A DNA stretch of 61,983 nucleotides, the filler included, from Hausera hauseri (lineage: Eukaryota): assembly GCA_046269625.1 (NCBI GenBank). It is 13 parts of 13 records of this genome, joined end to end, with 100 filler letters (N's around TTAATTAATTAA, not from the genome) between each part and the next. Parts side by side here need not be neighbours in the genome. Positions count along the whole stretch, not along the records: positions 45,907 to 50,423 come from JBJURY010545120.1; positions 50,524 to 57,063 come from JBJURY010088988.1; positions 57,164 to 61,983 come from JBJURY010424698.1; 10 more parts are not named here. One strand, written 5' to 3'. The position numbers and the translations under genes were made by a program. The first letter of the stretch is position 1; every line of letters begins with the position of its first letter. The notes under the pieces were generated by a model. It saw only the letters and a list, made by a program, of their open reading frames with translations, ran no database searches and had not been told where the DNA came from. Below are positions 47,984 to 58,831 of this stretch, piece by piece.

Positions 47984-50423
47984 TGGACAGTTTAGTGAAG
48001 AATTTCCCTGCAGAAGAATCCAAGGAGACGAAGCGGTTCTTCCATACTACCTTTGACCTCGTCAAGAGGAAAGGCGTGTTTCCTTATGACTATATAACTT
48101 CATGGGAAACACTGGATGAGACCTCATCGCCGGACAAGAAGGACTTTTACAATATCCTATCTGATTGCGACATCAGTGATGCTCACTCACAGCATGCCCA
48201 GAATGTCTGACATGCATTCCAATGCCGAACATTAGGGGAATACAGCGACATATACCTCAAGAGGGACGTGCTGCTGCTCACAGATGTCTTTGAGAGCTTC
48301 AGGGATGTTACAATGAAGAGCTATGCTTTGGATCCGGCTCATTTCTTTACGGCTCTAGGGATGAGCTGGGCAGCTATGCTGCACTATACTGGTATTAGGC
48401 TACAGATCATTAAGGATTACGACATGATACTTATGATCGAGAGAGGTATTAGAAGCGGAATATGCCAGGCCATTCACCGGTATAGCGAGGCCAACAACAA
48501 GTATAAGCCCCAGTATGATCCATCCAAGGAACCCTCATATATATCATACCTGGATGCTAACAACTTGTATAGATGGGTGTGGTGCCCACAGCGGCCGGCG
48601 CCCTTTGGCCCATTTGAATGGACACTGCCGGGCGTCCGTTGCCGCGACGTCGGGCCTCGGTTTTCCGCATGACCCATACCTTGGAGTACTTCGGTTGTAA
48701 ATGATCTTGGTGGATCAGGATGGATCTCTGATCCGATGACGGGCATTTTAAGCAGAACAGTTTTCAGAGAATGTGTATCAAGTAACTACTGTTCGTCGGC
48801 AATTGTTGTCGTCACTTGACATTGGAATAAAGCTGCCGTGAATTTACTGAAAGCTATTGGCAAACTGAATGCAGAAATGTGTAAAAAAATGAACGGGCAT
48901 TATGGAGATACTGTCGAATAAATAGAATGTTTTCCCGAAGGTGACCGACGATTTTTGTGACGTAACCGCTCTGATCTCCGACCATTTCAACAAGCACCTT
49001 CGAGATCTGATGATAACAATTGGACACATGATGCTCGACATTGGTTAAATAATTCGACTTCGTTGGAAAAATCGATTTCTTTTGCTAATTCATCAGTTCT
49101 CACTCGACTTTTCAATCGTTTCTCCAATTCTTCAACGGTATTTGAACAAGACGGACAACGAGAATAACACAAACTCTCTTGATTTCATCCTCAGACAATC
49201 TTATCGATTGTTCATCCTTAATGCCAGATAAAGAATTTGCAACAGAAATAGCTCCAATATCTGGCAAGAGCTTTGGACAAATTGACCAGAGCGGACCTTA
49301 GCTTAACTGAGGTGCCTGGTTCAATACTTTTCTATACACGAGGAAAAGATCTGTAGCAGAATTTAAACAGTTTTCCGCAGGGTCATCAGACACTGGTCAG
49401 TGTGCATCATCTTGGTCAAGAACGTCGAAATGTTTAATTGATGCTTCATTGACAGTAAAGTTGTTGATTAAATGATTGTTGAGTTCATCATTCAATGTCT
49501 TGTTTATTCCCTCAATGTAGAAATAGATATATCGCTCAAAACAGAAAGAAATTATTCCATTTACAGGATACTTTCGAATACTTGAGTTCGTTTCAACGAA
49601 AATAAAATAAAATTTTCGTTTAATTCCGATGTGTGTTGTATCATTAAACTTTCCAGTGCTTCCGTGAGATTCTTATCTACTGCCTATGGGTAATTGATTT
49701 ACAAATTTGTCAATTGATAATAAAAATGATGTTCCTGTATATGCTATATGATAATGAGGATATTTTCCACTGTTCGCTCACGAAATTTTCTGCCTCTATC
49801 TCAATAATGATTTTTCAATTCAGACTGATTTCTGTTGTGTAACACTTGCGTAATTCAGATTTGACTTTTTGTTATAGCTTTTTGTGCCGAGTTGCTTAAA
49901 TGATTTAATCAATAAATCTTGACAAGTGTTTTGGAATTATTGAATCGTTGTAAGCCATCTTTAACAGTTTTTTATTTCGGATTTTATATCATTTTGCATA
50001 TCTGGATATTTCGATGACCACTTCCTAAAATGGGTAATGAGCGCCCCATTGCCATATGGTAACTTCAAATTGGTCGAGAATCCTGAAAACATCCCTATAT
50101 TGGATCTGGATCCCACTTTAGATACGGGATACATACTGGAGGTGGATATGGAATATCCTGCTTCCATCCACGCAAGGTATCAACACCTGCCTTTCCTCCC
50201 TGAGAACAGACTTCCGCCCTATGGAAAGCAGAGAAAACTGCTATACCATCTGGGTAATAGGGAGAGGTATGTAGTCCACTACATCAATCTCCAAGATCCA
50301 TAGAGCCCTGCAGTTCAGCTAGTCCATGTGGTTGCAGTTATACATAGATCTCAATATGAAGCCGCGGACTAATGCCAAGAACGCCTTTGAGAAGGACCAA
50401 TTCAAGCTTTACAATAACTCGGT
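47984..50423 (+). pseudogene. Polinton/Maverick-type protein-primed DNA polymerase B fragment split by an insertion (47984-48577 and 50030-50423)
   Basis: RKGVFPYDY, LGEYSDIYLK.DVLLLTDVFESFR, LDPAHFFT, IERGIRSG, YLDANNLY.W | VMSAPLPYGNF, GYILEVDMEYP, LPFLPEN. Confidence 0.9.
48578..50029 (+). mobile_element. Probable solo LTR (1452 bp) with ATGGG target-site duplication
   Basis: ATGGG at 48573-48577 and 50030-50034. Removing the insert restores YLDANNLY.WVMSAPLP. AATAAA lies about 118 nt before the end. The 5' end is homologous to the PPT-adjacent LTR start at 50797. Confidence 0.75.
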
Positions 50424-50523
50424 NNNNNNNNNNNNNNNNNNNNNNNNNNNNNNNNNNNNNNNNNNNNTTAATTAATTAANNNNNNNNNNNNNNNNNNNNN
50501 NNNNNNNNNNNNNNNNNNNNNNN

Positions 50524-50797
50524 AATTATTTTGGATATTTTAATTCCAGTTTTACGAAAATAAATTTCCCACTTTGCTGGGTTTTAGAAATTGCTGTTAG
50601 TAGATTTTTATTCATATTGCATCAGTCATTTTCAACAGGAAAAAATTTTGTCGCGGAAATTGAAGCACAAAAAAATTTCAGATTAGATTCATAGAGCAAA
50701 GAGTTGGATCCGACTACTGATCCGACGCAACGATAGCGGAAGCCCGGCCCTGCTCAACCAAATCTGTCAAAGGGCTCCGGATGCTGTGGGCACAACA
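50524..50797 (-). repeat. 5' part of the 3' LTR of the adjacent Gypsy element
   Basis: TGTTGTGCCCACAGC... begins directly after the purine tract GGGAGGTGA (50798-50806), downstream of integrase. Confidence 0.7.
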
Positions 50798-53090
50798 TCA
50801 CCTCCCACGTGGCAAGGTTGAAACTATAAAGAGTAAAATGGACGGAAAAAAGAAAAAATATCACTCAAACGAAACAGTGTCTGTGTCAGTTGGTCTTAGT
50901 GTGGACAAGACGTTGGGTGCCTTCTACTGATTTTTCCTGCTATACATGCTGAATATGACTCTGCGTGTGTTGTCTGCATGCGATGTGTTTGCTTGCAGAG
51001 TCTAAAATTGGGGAAAAAATTTCTCAGATTTTGTTGTGGGTGTTGTGTCGTGCAAAGATGAGCCAGAATAAAGAGAAGAAGAAGTGAAGGCGGAAGAAAG
51101 GTTGTTGGAGACAGACGGTTGAAGGTATTCAAGAGAGTGTTAGAAGACAAAGGACTTAAAAAAGGTTTTGTGGCGGATGAAGGAGAAGAGGCGCAAAGTA
51201 GCGTAGAAATTGGAATTGTATTGAGTGAAAGACCTGAAGTAGAAGATAAAATAGAAGTAGTAGTGGAGACAGGAAGAGAGATAGGCATAGAAGTTGAGAG
51301 AGGAAGAAGTTGCGAAGCGGAAGTGAAAGGAGTAAAAGATGATGTATGAGGAGAGAGGGTAAAAGAGAGCGCGGAGGATAAGGAAAATGTGGAAGGAGAA
51401 AGAGGGAGAGAAAACGGCGAAGAGGGACAAAACGAAAGAAAGCAGGAGGACGGAGGAAGCGAAGGAAAGTAGTTGGAAAGTGGCATTCAAGAGGTTGGAA
51501 TGATGAAAGGGGTAGATGGAGGGATTGGTAAAGTAGAAGTGGTGTTTAGGGGAGGAAGTTTTGTAAGAAATTAAAGCAAATTGTTACCAGGGAATGAAGA
51601 AAATGTTAAAAGTCTTGAAAATGCAGAATCGGGTGGGAAAGGAAGGGATGAACTGTTAGAAAAATTAAAGTAGTAATGTTGAGAGAAAATATAGGGGAAG
51701 ATGGGTTAAAGAAATGAACAGAGATGGGTGGTGAATTTTTGGATTGCTGCGCGTCGTGTAAAGATGTTTGGGGAGAAGTGGTTTCAATAGGAGACGTATC
51801 GTCAATGAAGAAAGCCGGTTTAACGTTGTTGACGTTGACTGTTACTTCTTTGTTGTCCTTGAGGATGATGATGTTGTGGGAGTGTAAACAAATTACTTTG
51901 TAAGGGTAACATACTGAGGTTGAAAACCACACGGCGTTTGATTGTTTAACCAAACGAACTTAGCAGTATATAAATCGTCAAGCATGTAGGGTTTATTGCC
52001 GTGTAACAATCTACAAAATGAGCCTTGGCTTATCGCAACAAAGTGTCTCTGGGCCGCTTGTACGGTTTTATCTGTAGGAATATTGTCCAGATCAGCCAGC
52101 TCGAATAAGGATCTGATAGAAGTACCAAATAATGCTTCTGCAGGTGAACAGCCTGTATAAATATATGGTGTGTTCCGCCAGCCAAACAGAACGTACGGAA
52201 GGAGTGTGGTCCAAATGCGATTGGACCCGGCAACGATTTTAAGAAACGTTTTCATCGTTCGGTGGAAGCGTTCCAGAAGGCCATTCGATTGATGATGAAA
52301 AGTGACGTGTGTATATGGTTAATTCCCAATCGATTGACAAGAACTTTAAACAGGTTGGATTCGAACTGTGAGCCTTGGTCCGAAGTGATATGGCGAGGTG
52401 ATCCAAACCTGCTGATCCAAGCGCGGATGAAAACATTGCGATGTTTTCTGTGTTGGTGCTCCGAAGCGGGACAACATCTGGCCATCGCGAGGAACGGTCC
52501 ATCATTGTGAGAATGAACTGATGGCCGTTGTCTAAGGGTAGTGGGCCTACCAGGTCAATGTAAACAGATTCAAAACGAGACGTACAGGGAAAATGATATA
52601 GTGGTGGCTTTAAATGCTTAGTAACTTTGTATTTTTGGCATGCCACACACTGTCTAACCCATGACTACACGTCAGAGCACATCGATGGCCATACTACTTG
52701 GCGTTGTAAGAGTCGAAAAGTGGCCTTGGAACCGAGATGATGCAACGAATGGATGTTGTTGAATGCTTCATTTTGAAGCGATTCGAAAAGAATGATTTTC
52801 AGATTATTAGGTTTGGAGGTGTCAAAGGCCACATCGTCGATGGTTTTGCACGATTTAAAAGATTTAAGTATGTCAGGAGGTGGCTGGTTTTGTTGAAGTT
52901 TGGATTGGGGGAAAATTGGTGTAAAATCAATCGAGCTGACCGATCGGGACAAAAAGTCAGCCACTAAATTGTCGACTCCGCTTAAGTGCTTAATTTCAAA
53001 ATTAAATCTGGAAAATTACGATATTTGCCTCTTCTGACGCGGAAAAGGCAATTTTATGGTAAGAATTTGAAGCAAGAGCTTGTGGTCTGT
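50798..53090 (-). mobile_element. pol: CsRn1-like Gypsy element 3' part: end of RNase H, integrase, low-complexity 3' region, PPT
   Basis: TDHKLL; SGVDNLVADFLSR; H.LHHLG.KAT...VVWPSM..DV.SWVRQC.ACQ; RFESVYIDLVGPLP; MDRSSRWP; WISRFGSP.HITSDQGSQFES; LLPYVLFGWR. Confidence 0.92.
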
Positions 53091-53458
53091 TTGTAATTAT
53101 TTTTATCATTGTCGGGAGTTTTTATAAAAATCCATTTGTACTTGTTTAAAAATTGTAATTAAGTAATGTAAAATATCTAGAAATAAATACATAGATTAAA
53201 TCAACAAATTATGCATAGGGTTATTCTATAACTAGATGCCACTAAGTACATAAATGCAAAGACTGCACAAAAAATAAAATAAAATAAAAGTAATGATCAG
53301 TTGAAATAACCAAAATAATTGAAGACATTTGGCGGATACGACTGTTGAGATTAGCCGATGGCTTTCAATCAGGTATTGCATCATATAGCCCATTTTCGTA
53401 AATTTTTCATATGAGCCATTGTTGGATATACATTAACATAATATATAATTGGTAGACT

Positions 53459-53486
53459 CGTGGATCGGAACCACGCTCTTCTACCA
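53459..53486 (+). other. 3' fragment of initiator tRNA-Met with encoded CCA (equivalent to an extended PBS on the minus strand)
   Basis: CGTGG-ATCGGAA-CCACG-CTCTTCT-A-CCA: a T-arm with the initiator-specific A54, the acceptor strand and CCA. Confidence 0.7.
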
Positions 53487-53548
53487 TTTGTTGGAACGTT
53501 ATGACGTGCTTTATTTAAAGCATCCGTTATGACATTAATTTTATCACC

Positions 53549-54487
53549 CTAAACGCTATCCCTGATCCTCCGTGTTCTAATATACACGGAACTATTAATT
53601 ATAGACCTTCTTTTATTTTGTTCCTCCTTTGATGTAATCCCAATTCTCGTCCTTGATCCCATGAAACTCAGCCCCCAATTTTCCATAACCTTCTCAAAGC
53701 CCTTATTCAATATATAAATATATAAAAAGGCATTTAAATTAATTTTTGCGATTTTCGCAGCCATTGTTGACGGAGTGCTGCTCTCCGGGGGATTCTCTCC
53801 ACCATTAAACCTGTGGCCCAAAACATACATACTGATTTTATCAGACATACGTACATCAGGCACACCAACCCTGGCAGGGTCCATCAAACAAGGAAAACAA
53901 TAATAACTCATAACGGTACTATTAACACGACACACAAATACCTTCAACGTCTCTGTCACGATCAAGAGTCCTTCGGCGAACGTATCATCTTTCTCTGTAA
54001 ATAGTAGCACGATTTTGTCACCAATTTCCTTCGCCAATTCATCTGGGACTTGTAGCCAACTCCCTGACTTTTCGTTTAAATCACAGTCATCCACAGAACT
54101 GAGATTTCCAAATGAAGCAGACACGTCTCGACGAATGCGCTGAGATATAGACATAAATGCCATTTCTGACGTTTTAAATTCCAAATCATTCCTTTTCAGA
54201 AAATTGTAACAATTCTCAATTTGATCTCCTCTATAATCATTTAATTTCTTCACAATCTTCACCATTGTAAATTTCCTATGCATAATTGCATTTTCTAATA
54301 TTCCAGATTCATAATTCACTAATTCAATCATAAATTCCGATCTGTAAATTTGCAAAATGTAATTGTAATTTCTAATTGCAATTTCATAACTTCCCAAATT
54401 GCAATGCATAATTTCAACTTTCATTACCAATTTCACAATTTCCCTGCAATTCTTAATTTTAATTTTAGAATTTAAATTATATCCCAA
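53549..54487 (-). CDS. Hypothetical ORF, unassigned
   Basis: 312 open codons in AT-rich DNA. The N-terminal third is low complexity and no family was recognised. Confidence 0.3.
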   Translation of the reverse strand: MGYNLNSKIKIKNCREIVKLVMKVEIMHCNLGSYEIAIRNYNYILQIYRSEFMIELVNYESGILENAIMHRKFTMVKIVKKLNDYRGDQIENCYNFLKRNDLEFKTSEMAFMSISQRIRRDVSASFGNLSSVDDCDLNEKSGSWLQVPDELAKEIGDKIVLLFTEKDDTFAEGLLIVTETLKVFVCRVNSTVMSYYCFPCLMDPARVGVPDVRMSDKISMYVLGHRFNGGENPPESSTPSTMAAKIAKINLNAFLYIYILNKGFEKVMENWGLSFMGSRTRIGITSKEEQNKRRSIINSSVYIRTRRIRDSV

Positions 54488-55525
54488 GGATCAATTTATC
54501 TATAATATATGTATTTCTTATATTATTTCAGCTGCTTAGCAGCTTATCTTTTCCATTTCATCGGATCTTATTTTATTATTATTTTATATATATATATGCC
54601 CATTTCTGTGCCAATTTATCTAATTCCTAACCGAACAAAAAACCCATAGAAAATGTCGGGATCAATTAATTGTAATTTTTACGTTATTATGCCTGAGTAT
54701 TGGCACACCATGCTTTATTCTATATCTGTTAATTGCGTCAATTGTTTCTCGAACGAAATCACGGGTGTATCGCTTAACAATTTTCTCTTTCGTAGGAAGA
54801 GACTTTATAATCACACCTTCCATTGCTCCATCGACTAGCAATATTTTCGCCGACTCGATCGTTTTTATACGAATTATTGCTGTTTGATAGAGTGGACTTT
54901 TTGACCAATTCATCACTATTTTGATTTTGTAGTTCTTTGATTTGATTGATGAGTATATTAAAAGTCTTTGTTTCATTTTTCGGATGTTCTACACTTTTTG
55001 AACGGAGGTGAGTTATGTTGCTGATACTTGGACTAGAAACATTCTCCGGTGTGTCTTGATGAATTGTATGTGCAAAAATTGGGGTTGGACAAAAGGTAAT
55101 TGGGTCGGGACGTGCTTGGAGAAATGAGAATGTTTTCCGTAATATTCTTATTGGTGAAAAATATGACCAAATGCTTTCACATATAAAATTCCTAATTGCG
55201 TTATTTTTACTGTACCGACAAATTCTATTCATCCTCTTAGTCGGCATTATATCTTGTACGTATCTCTTGATTCCAAATATGTATAAATTATTCTTTCTCT
55301 TGTCCAGAGTTTTGATTAATTTGCTGTGGAAATTTCCAGACAAAACACAGGAATAATTCCATAAATAGTCAACACTTTCTTTACTCCAATGAGTTCCATT
55401 AAAGATGCTATTGTAGATCTTATCGTTCACCTCTTCGATAGAGAAATGCAGTTTAACAATAATATTCGATAATTCTTTTTCTAATGATTCGGTAGGCACT
55501 GTTGATGAGATCGTTTATTCACTCT

Positions 55526-55693
55526 TTCATTCCGGCGCTGCAAACCGATTAAAGTCGAATTCCATTGACTCATCAAGTGTTTCTGTTCGTATTTTATACT
55601 CTGGATTTCGTCCTGTGCTTCTCGAAGGGTGTCTACAATTGCCTTCCGTTCTTCCGTCTGTGCACTAATTTGTATTTCATATAGACCGATTTC
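55526..55693 (-). pseudogene. CCDC40: CCDC40-like coiled-coil gene fragment
   Basis: EIGLYEIQISAQTEERKAIVDTLREAQDEIQSIKYEQKHLMSQWNSTLIGLQRRNE resembles the conserved CCDC40 segment (ALFEAQ..AQ.E......SEA..EI..I..EK....QQW.SSL.GM..RDE). Confidence 0.65.
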
Positions 55694-57163
55694 TGGTGTT
55701 GATTTGGATTTGTCTTTTCCTTTAGCAGGCATATCATGCAATTATAAAACAATAGTTTTGTAAAGATCGCCTAACAGCCTTCAACTTCTCGGTGAACCAT
55801 GGTTATTGTCGTCTCTCAGTCGTCTGAACCCTGCCAGGGATCATGCATCCATTATTTTACACATTCTATTTTTTATGTCGTGCACACTCATTCAACCATT
55901 TTAACCTTTAACAACCCGATTTTTATCAACTAGTACACACAGTGCAACCAACATGAACACACACATTTATACACATTCATACACACATATATATACCCTA
56001 TATATTTATATATACACTATATACACCCCCTATCCTTTTTCACTTAATCTTCTTGATGTTGGCCGGATTCCCCAACTAATCAGTCAGGTTCAAACAGTCA
56101 ATATTTTCTTCTTACTTTTCGATCTACCGAAGTACTAGCAGTACGAAAATGTCTATTTCAAAATGGAAAACATTTTTTGCAATTAATTAAAGATCAGACA
56201 ACATGTCAATGTTACCCAATGGATGGGGTAAAACTGATAGTACAAAATGTTTTTGAAAAAGTTTTGTAAATTTTAAGAGGTGAGTAGATAAAAATTTGGT
56301 ATTAGTTGTATACATGAAATAATTCTGTAATCAGTAATTGGAAATTTTTTCTACATTTAACTGCTATTACAAAATGTTTCAATATTGATGTACAAATGCA
56401 AAAAATTCAGCAGTAGTAAAGTAATCACTCACTACATATCGAACAGCATTATGATCGAATCCCGACTTCCAATCATTAAGTTTCGTCAGAGCATCTTCGA
56501 GTGTCAAAACTGTTGACGAACCAAGTTTTTCTCATGTGTAATTATTCACATGATTCATAAAAGTTGTACTGTTAATTTCATACATATTCACGGGTTTTAT
56601 GACGCTTATTGTATTACCCTTAACATCAGATATTGACAATTTTATAACTTCTTTACTATATCCATATTTTCCATCATCGTTTCTATTATTGTCGTTTCGA
56701 GTCATGGCTATTTTGAAATAGTAAAGTAAAAATCTCGCAGAACACAATATGGAAACTGTGGCCGTATATTACATACAAATAAAAATTTTCTAAAGTTTCC
56801 AACGATTGGAGTAACTTGGCATATATGGCAAAGTTCCCCGATGCCATGTCGATGTTACCACAATTAGAGAAAATGCTGTATATACACAATATATACTTAG
56901 TTCATATCAAACATTATTACTTTTAATAGTTTTGTAAACTAAATGTGCCTTTGTTAATGAAACAGTTATGAACATAAAGTTTGGTTACCGTCAAAATCCA
57001 TTTATCCAAATTTTGTATTAAATCTAACCATAATTATGATAAAAAAATTCGATTTTCGGACTCNNNNNNNNNNNNNNNNNNNNNNNNNNNNNNNNNNNNN
57101 NNNNNNNTTAATTAATTAANNNNNNNNNNNNNNNNNNNNNNNNNNNNNNNNNNNNNNNNNNNN

Positions 57164-58150
57164 TACCGGGTGCAATCGATTGAAAATATGATGCACTATG
57201 TGATTGTTCAATTAGAATTTAAATCGATCGAGTGTAATCGAATAATATCGATCAAAAGTGCAACTGATGCAGATTTCTCATAGTTTCTTTAGGTTATAAG
57301 GAGTCAAAATTCGACAAATGTTTAAGCGAGAACACGTAGGAAGTGCTACATTGTAACCCGGGTCTTCCATCTCAGATTTCCGAAATTCGAAGCACAACTC
57401 GAACAAATATCGATTTGCACAGAATAGTATAGATTATCTTGACATCCATAAACTTTTGGAGAAATCTGAGAGCGCCAGTCGATTCCCCATGTATTAATGC
57501 ATCTATATAGTACTTTGTAGATGTGTTGCACATGTGCAAGTGTGCTTTAATCAATAATAACCGTTTTCCGATAAAACCTATAAAGTTGATTTTAGCACAC
57601 AAGCAAGTGGACATCGAAAAATGTAAAAGCGTGACACATAGAAACTAACATGTGCTGCATCCGATTATGACGTCAGATATTCTAAAACTCGAATAAAAGT
57701 CGAACTTTTCGAGTAAGTAATTTTCTATTCGATTAGAAACAAAAATCGAAAAATCTAAAAGAGTAAAGGGATAGAAATTCATATATGGAGAATCCGAATA
57801 TGACGTAAAATATTCGAAAAGTGGCTTAAATTAAAAAGCAGATATTTCGATAAAATTTGAATATTCGAATAGTACCATCGGATTCACCATGTCCTAAAAC
57901 CTTTTTGGACTAAAAATTGGGTGTAAAAAGTGTTTGGAGCACTCCAGAAATGAATAAAACATTAAAATATTCGTTAATATTCGGTCAAGCATGCATTATA
58001 GGAACAATCTGGTCACTCCATTCGATTGCCCATGTATGGAAACCTCTTAAATTTGACGCCGAAATGCATTTAATTTATTTGATGCATTAAAGCAAAGTAT
58101 TCTAGAATGTTCGAAAATTCAAAATTTAAAAAATCCATAAATGGGGCAGT
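57164..58150. repeat. AT-rich TCGA-rich repetitive DNA (DNA-transposon-like interior)
   Basis: Recurring ATTCGAA/TCGAT words and TATGACGT repeats. Similar in composition to 12981-14100. Confidence 0.4.
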
Positions 58151-58259
58151 ATGCATTGATGTGGCTATATGTTTCATTATTTTCAAAATCACTTCCACGA
58201 ATGGCGAGATTTTTATTTGCGCTACTCAAATAATTGGCTGATTTTTAGATGTGAAATCT

Positions 58260-58690
58260 ATACAAACAGTGCTTGGCTCAAATCCACGAGCCTGGAAATT
58301 GCCACAACGTTATGCAGAAATACTTCATCCATTTATACAACAGGGCTGAGTATTATATATGCCTTACATGCGAGGTAGTGTGCCAGAACAAATATGAAGA
58401 CTTTTATAATGTTCATAAAAAACACCTGATTCCTTTCACCAAGTCGAAAAAACAAATATTCAATAGCACTATGCCAATAATGACTTCCATGCCTAAGCAA
58501 AATCACGGATGCAGTTCATAAGTGTATTGCATATGTGCAATACACAACCCTCAGAATTGTCATAATGCCATGAGTAGCTATTATGGATACAGATTCAATA
58601 GTATCCCCTATTATATATGCCCAGGATGTGAAACTGTATTCGACGCAAATTACATACAGTTCTATTATGATCAAACATCACTTGAGTAAT
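58260..58690 (+). pseudogene. Two tandem Cys/His-rich repeats upstream of polB
   Basis: IHEPGNCHNVMQKY...YYICLTCEVV...Y..FY..H..H and IHNPQNCHNAMSSY...YYICPGCETV...Y..FY. Confidence 0.5.
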
Positions 58691-58831
58691 TTCGCATCAA
58701 AGTCAAAGAAGGCCATCTTTAATGAGCAACATAATTTTGATTCATCTGCTTAGCAGTATGATGCTTCGCAGTATTCTGCCTCGCATTGTGCTGCTGGATC
58801 TAATGCATCAGCTGCGAAGCATGTTAGAGAA

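Noticed and set aside
50896-51490. Ser/Leu/Phe-rich ORFs (196 and 116 aa) and the antisense Glu/Val-rich ORF
   Set aside because: They arise from a strongly purine/pyrimidine-skewed low-complexity 3' region of the Gypsy element and show no domain signal.
4196-57163. Regularly recurring TTAATTAATTAA flanked by Ns as a repeat array or CRISPR-like structure
   Set aside because: It is an artificial six-frame-stop scaffolding linker. ORFs ending in X...LIN are artefacts of it.
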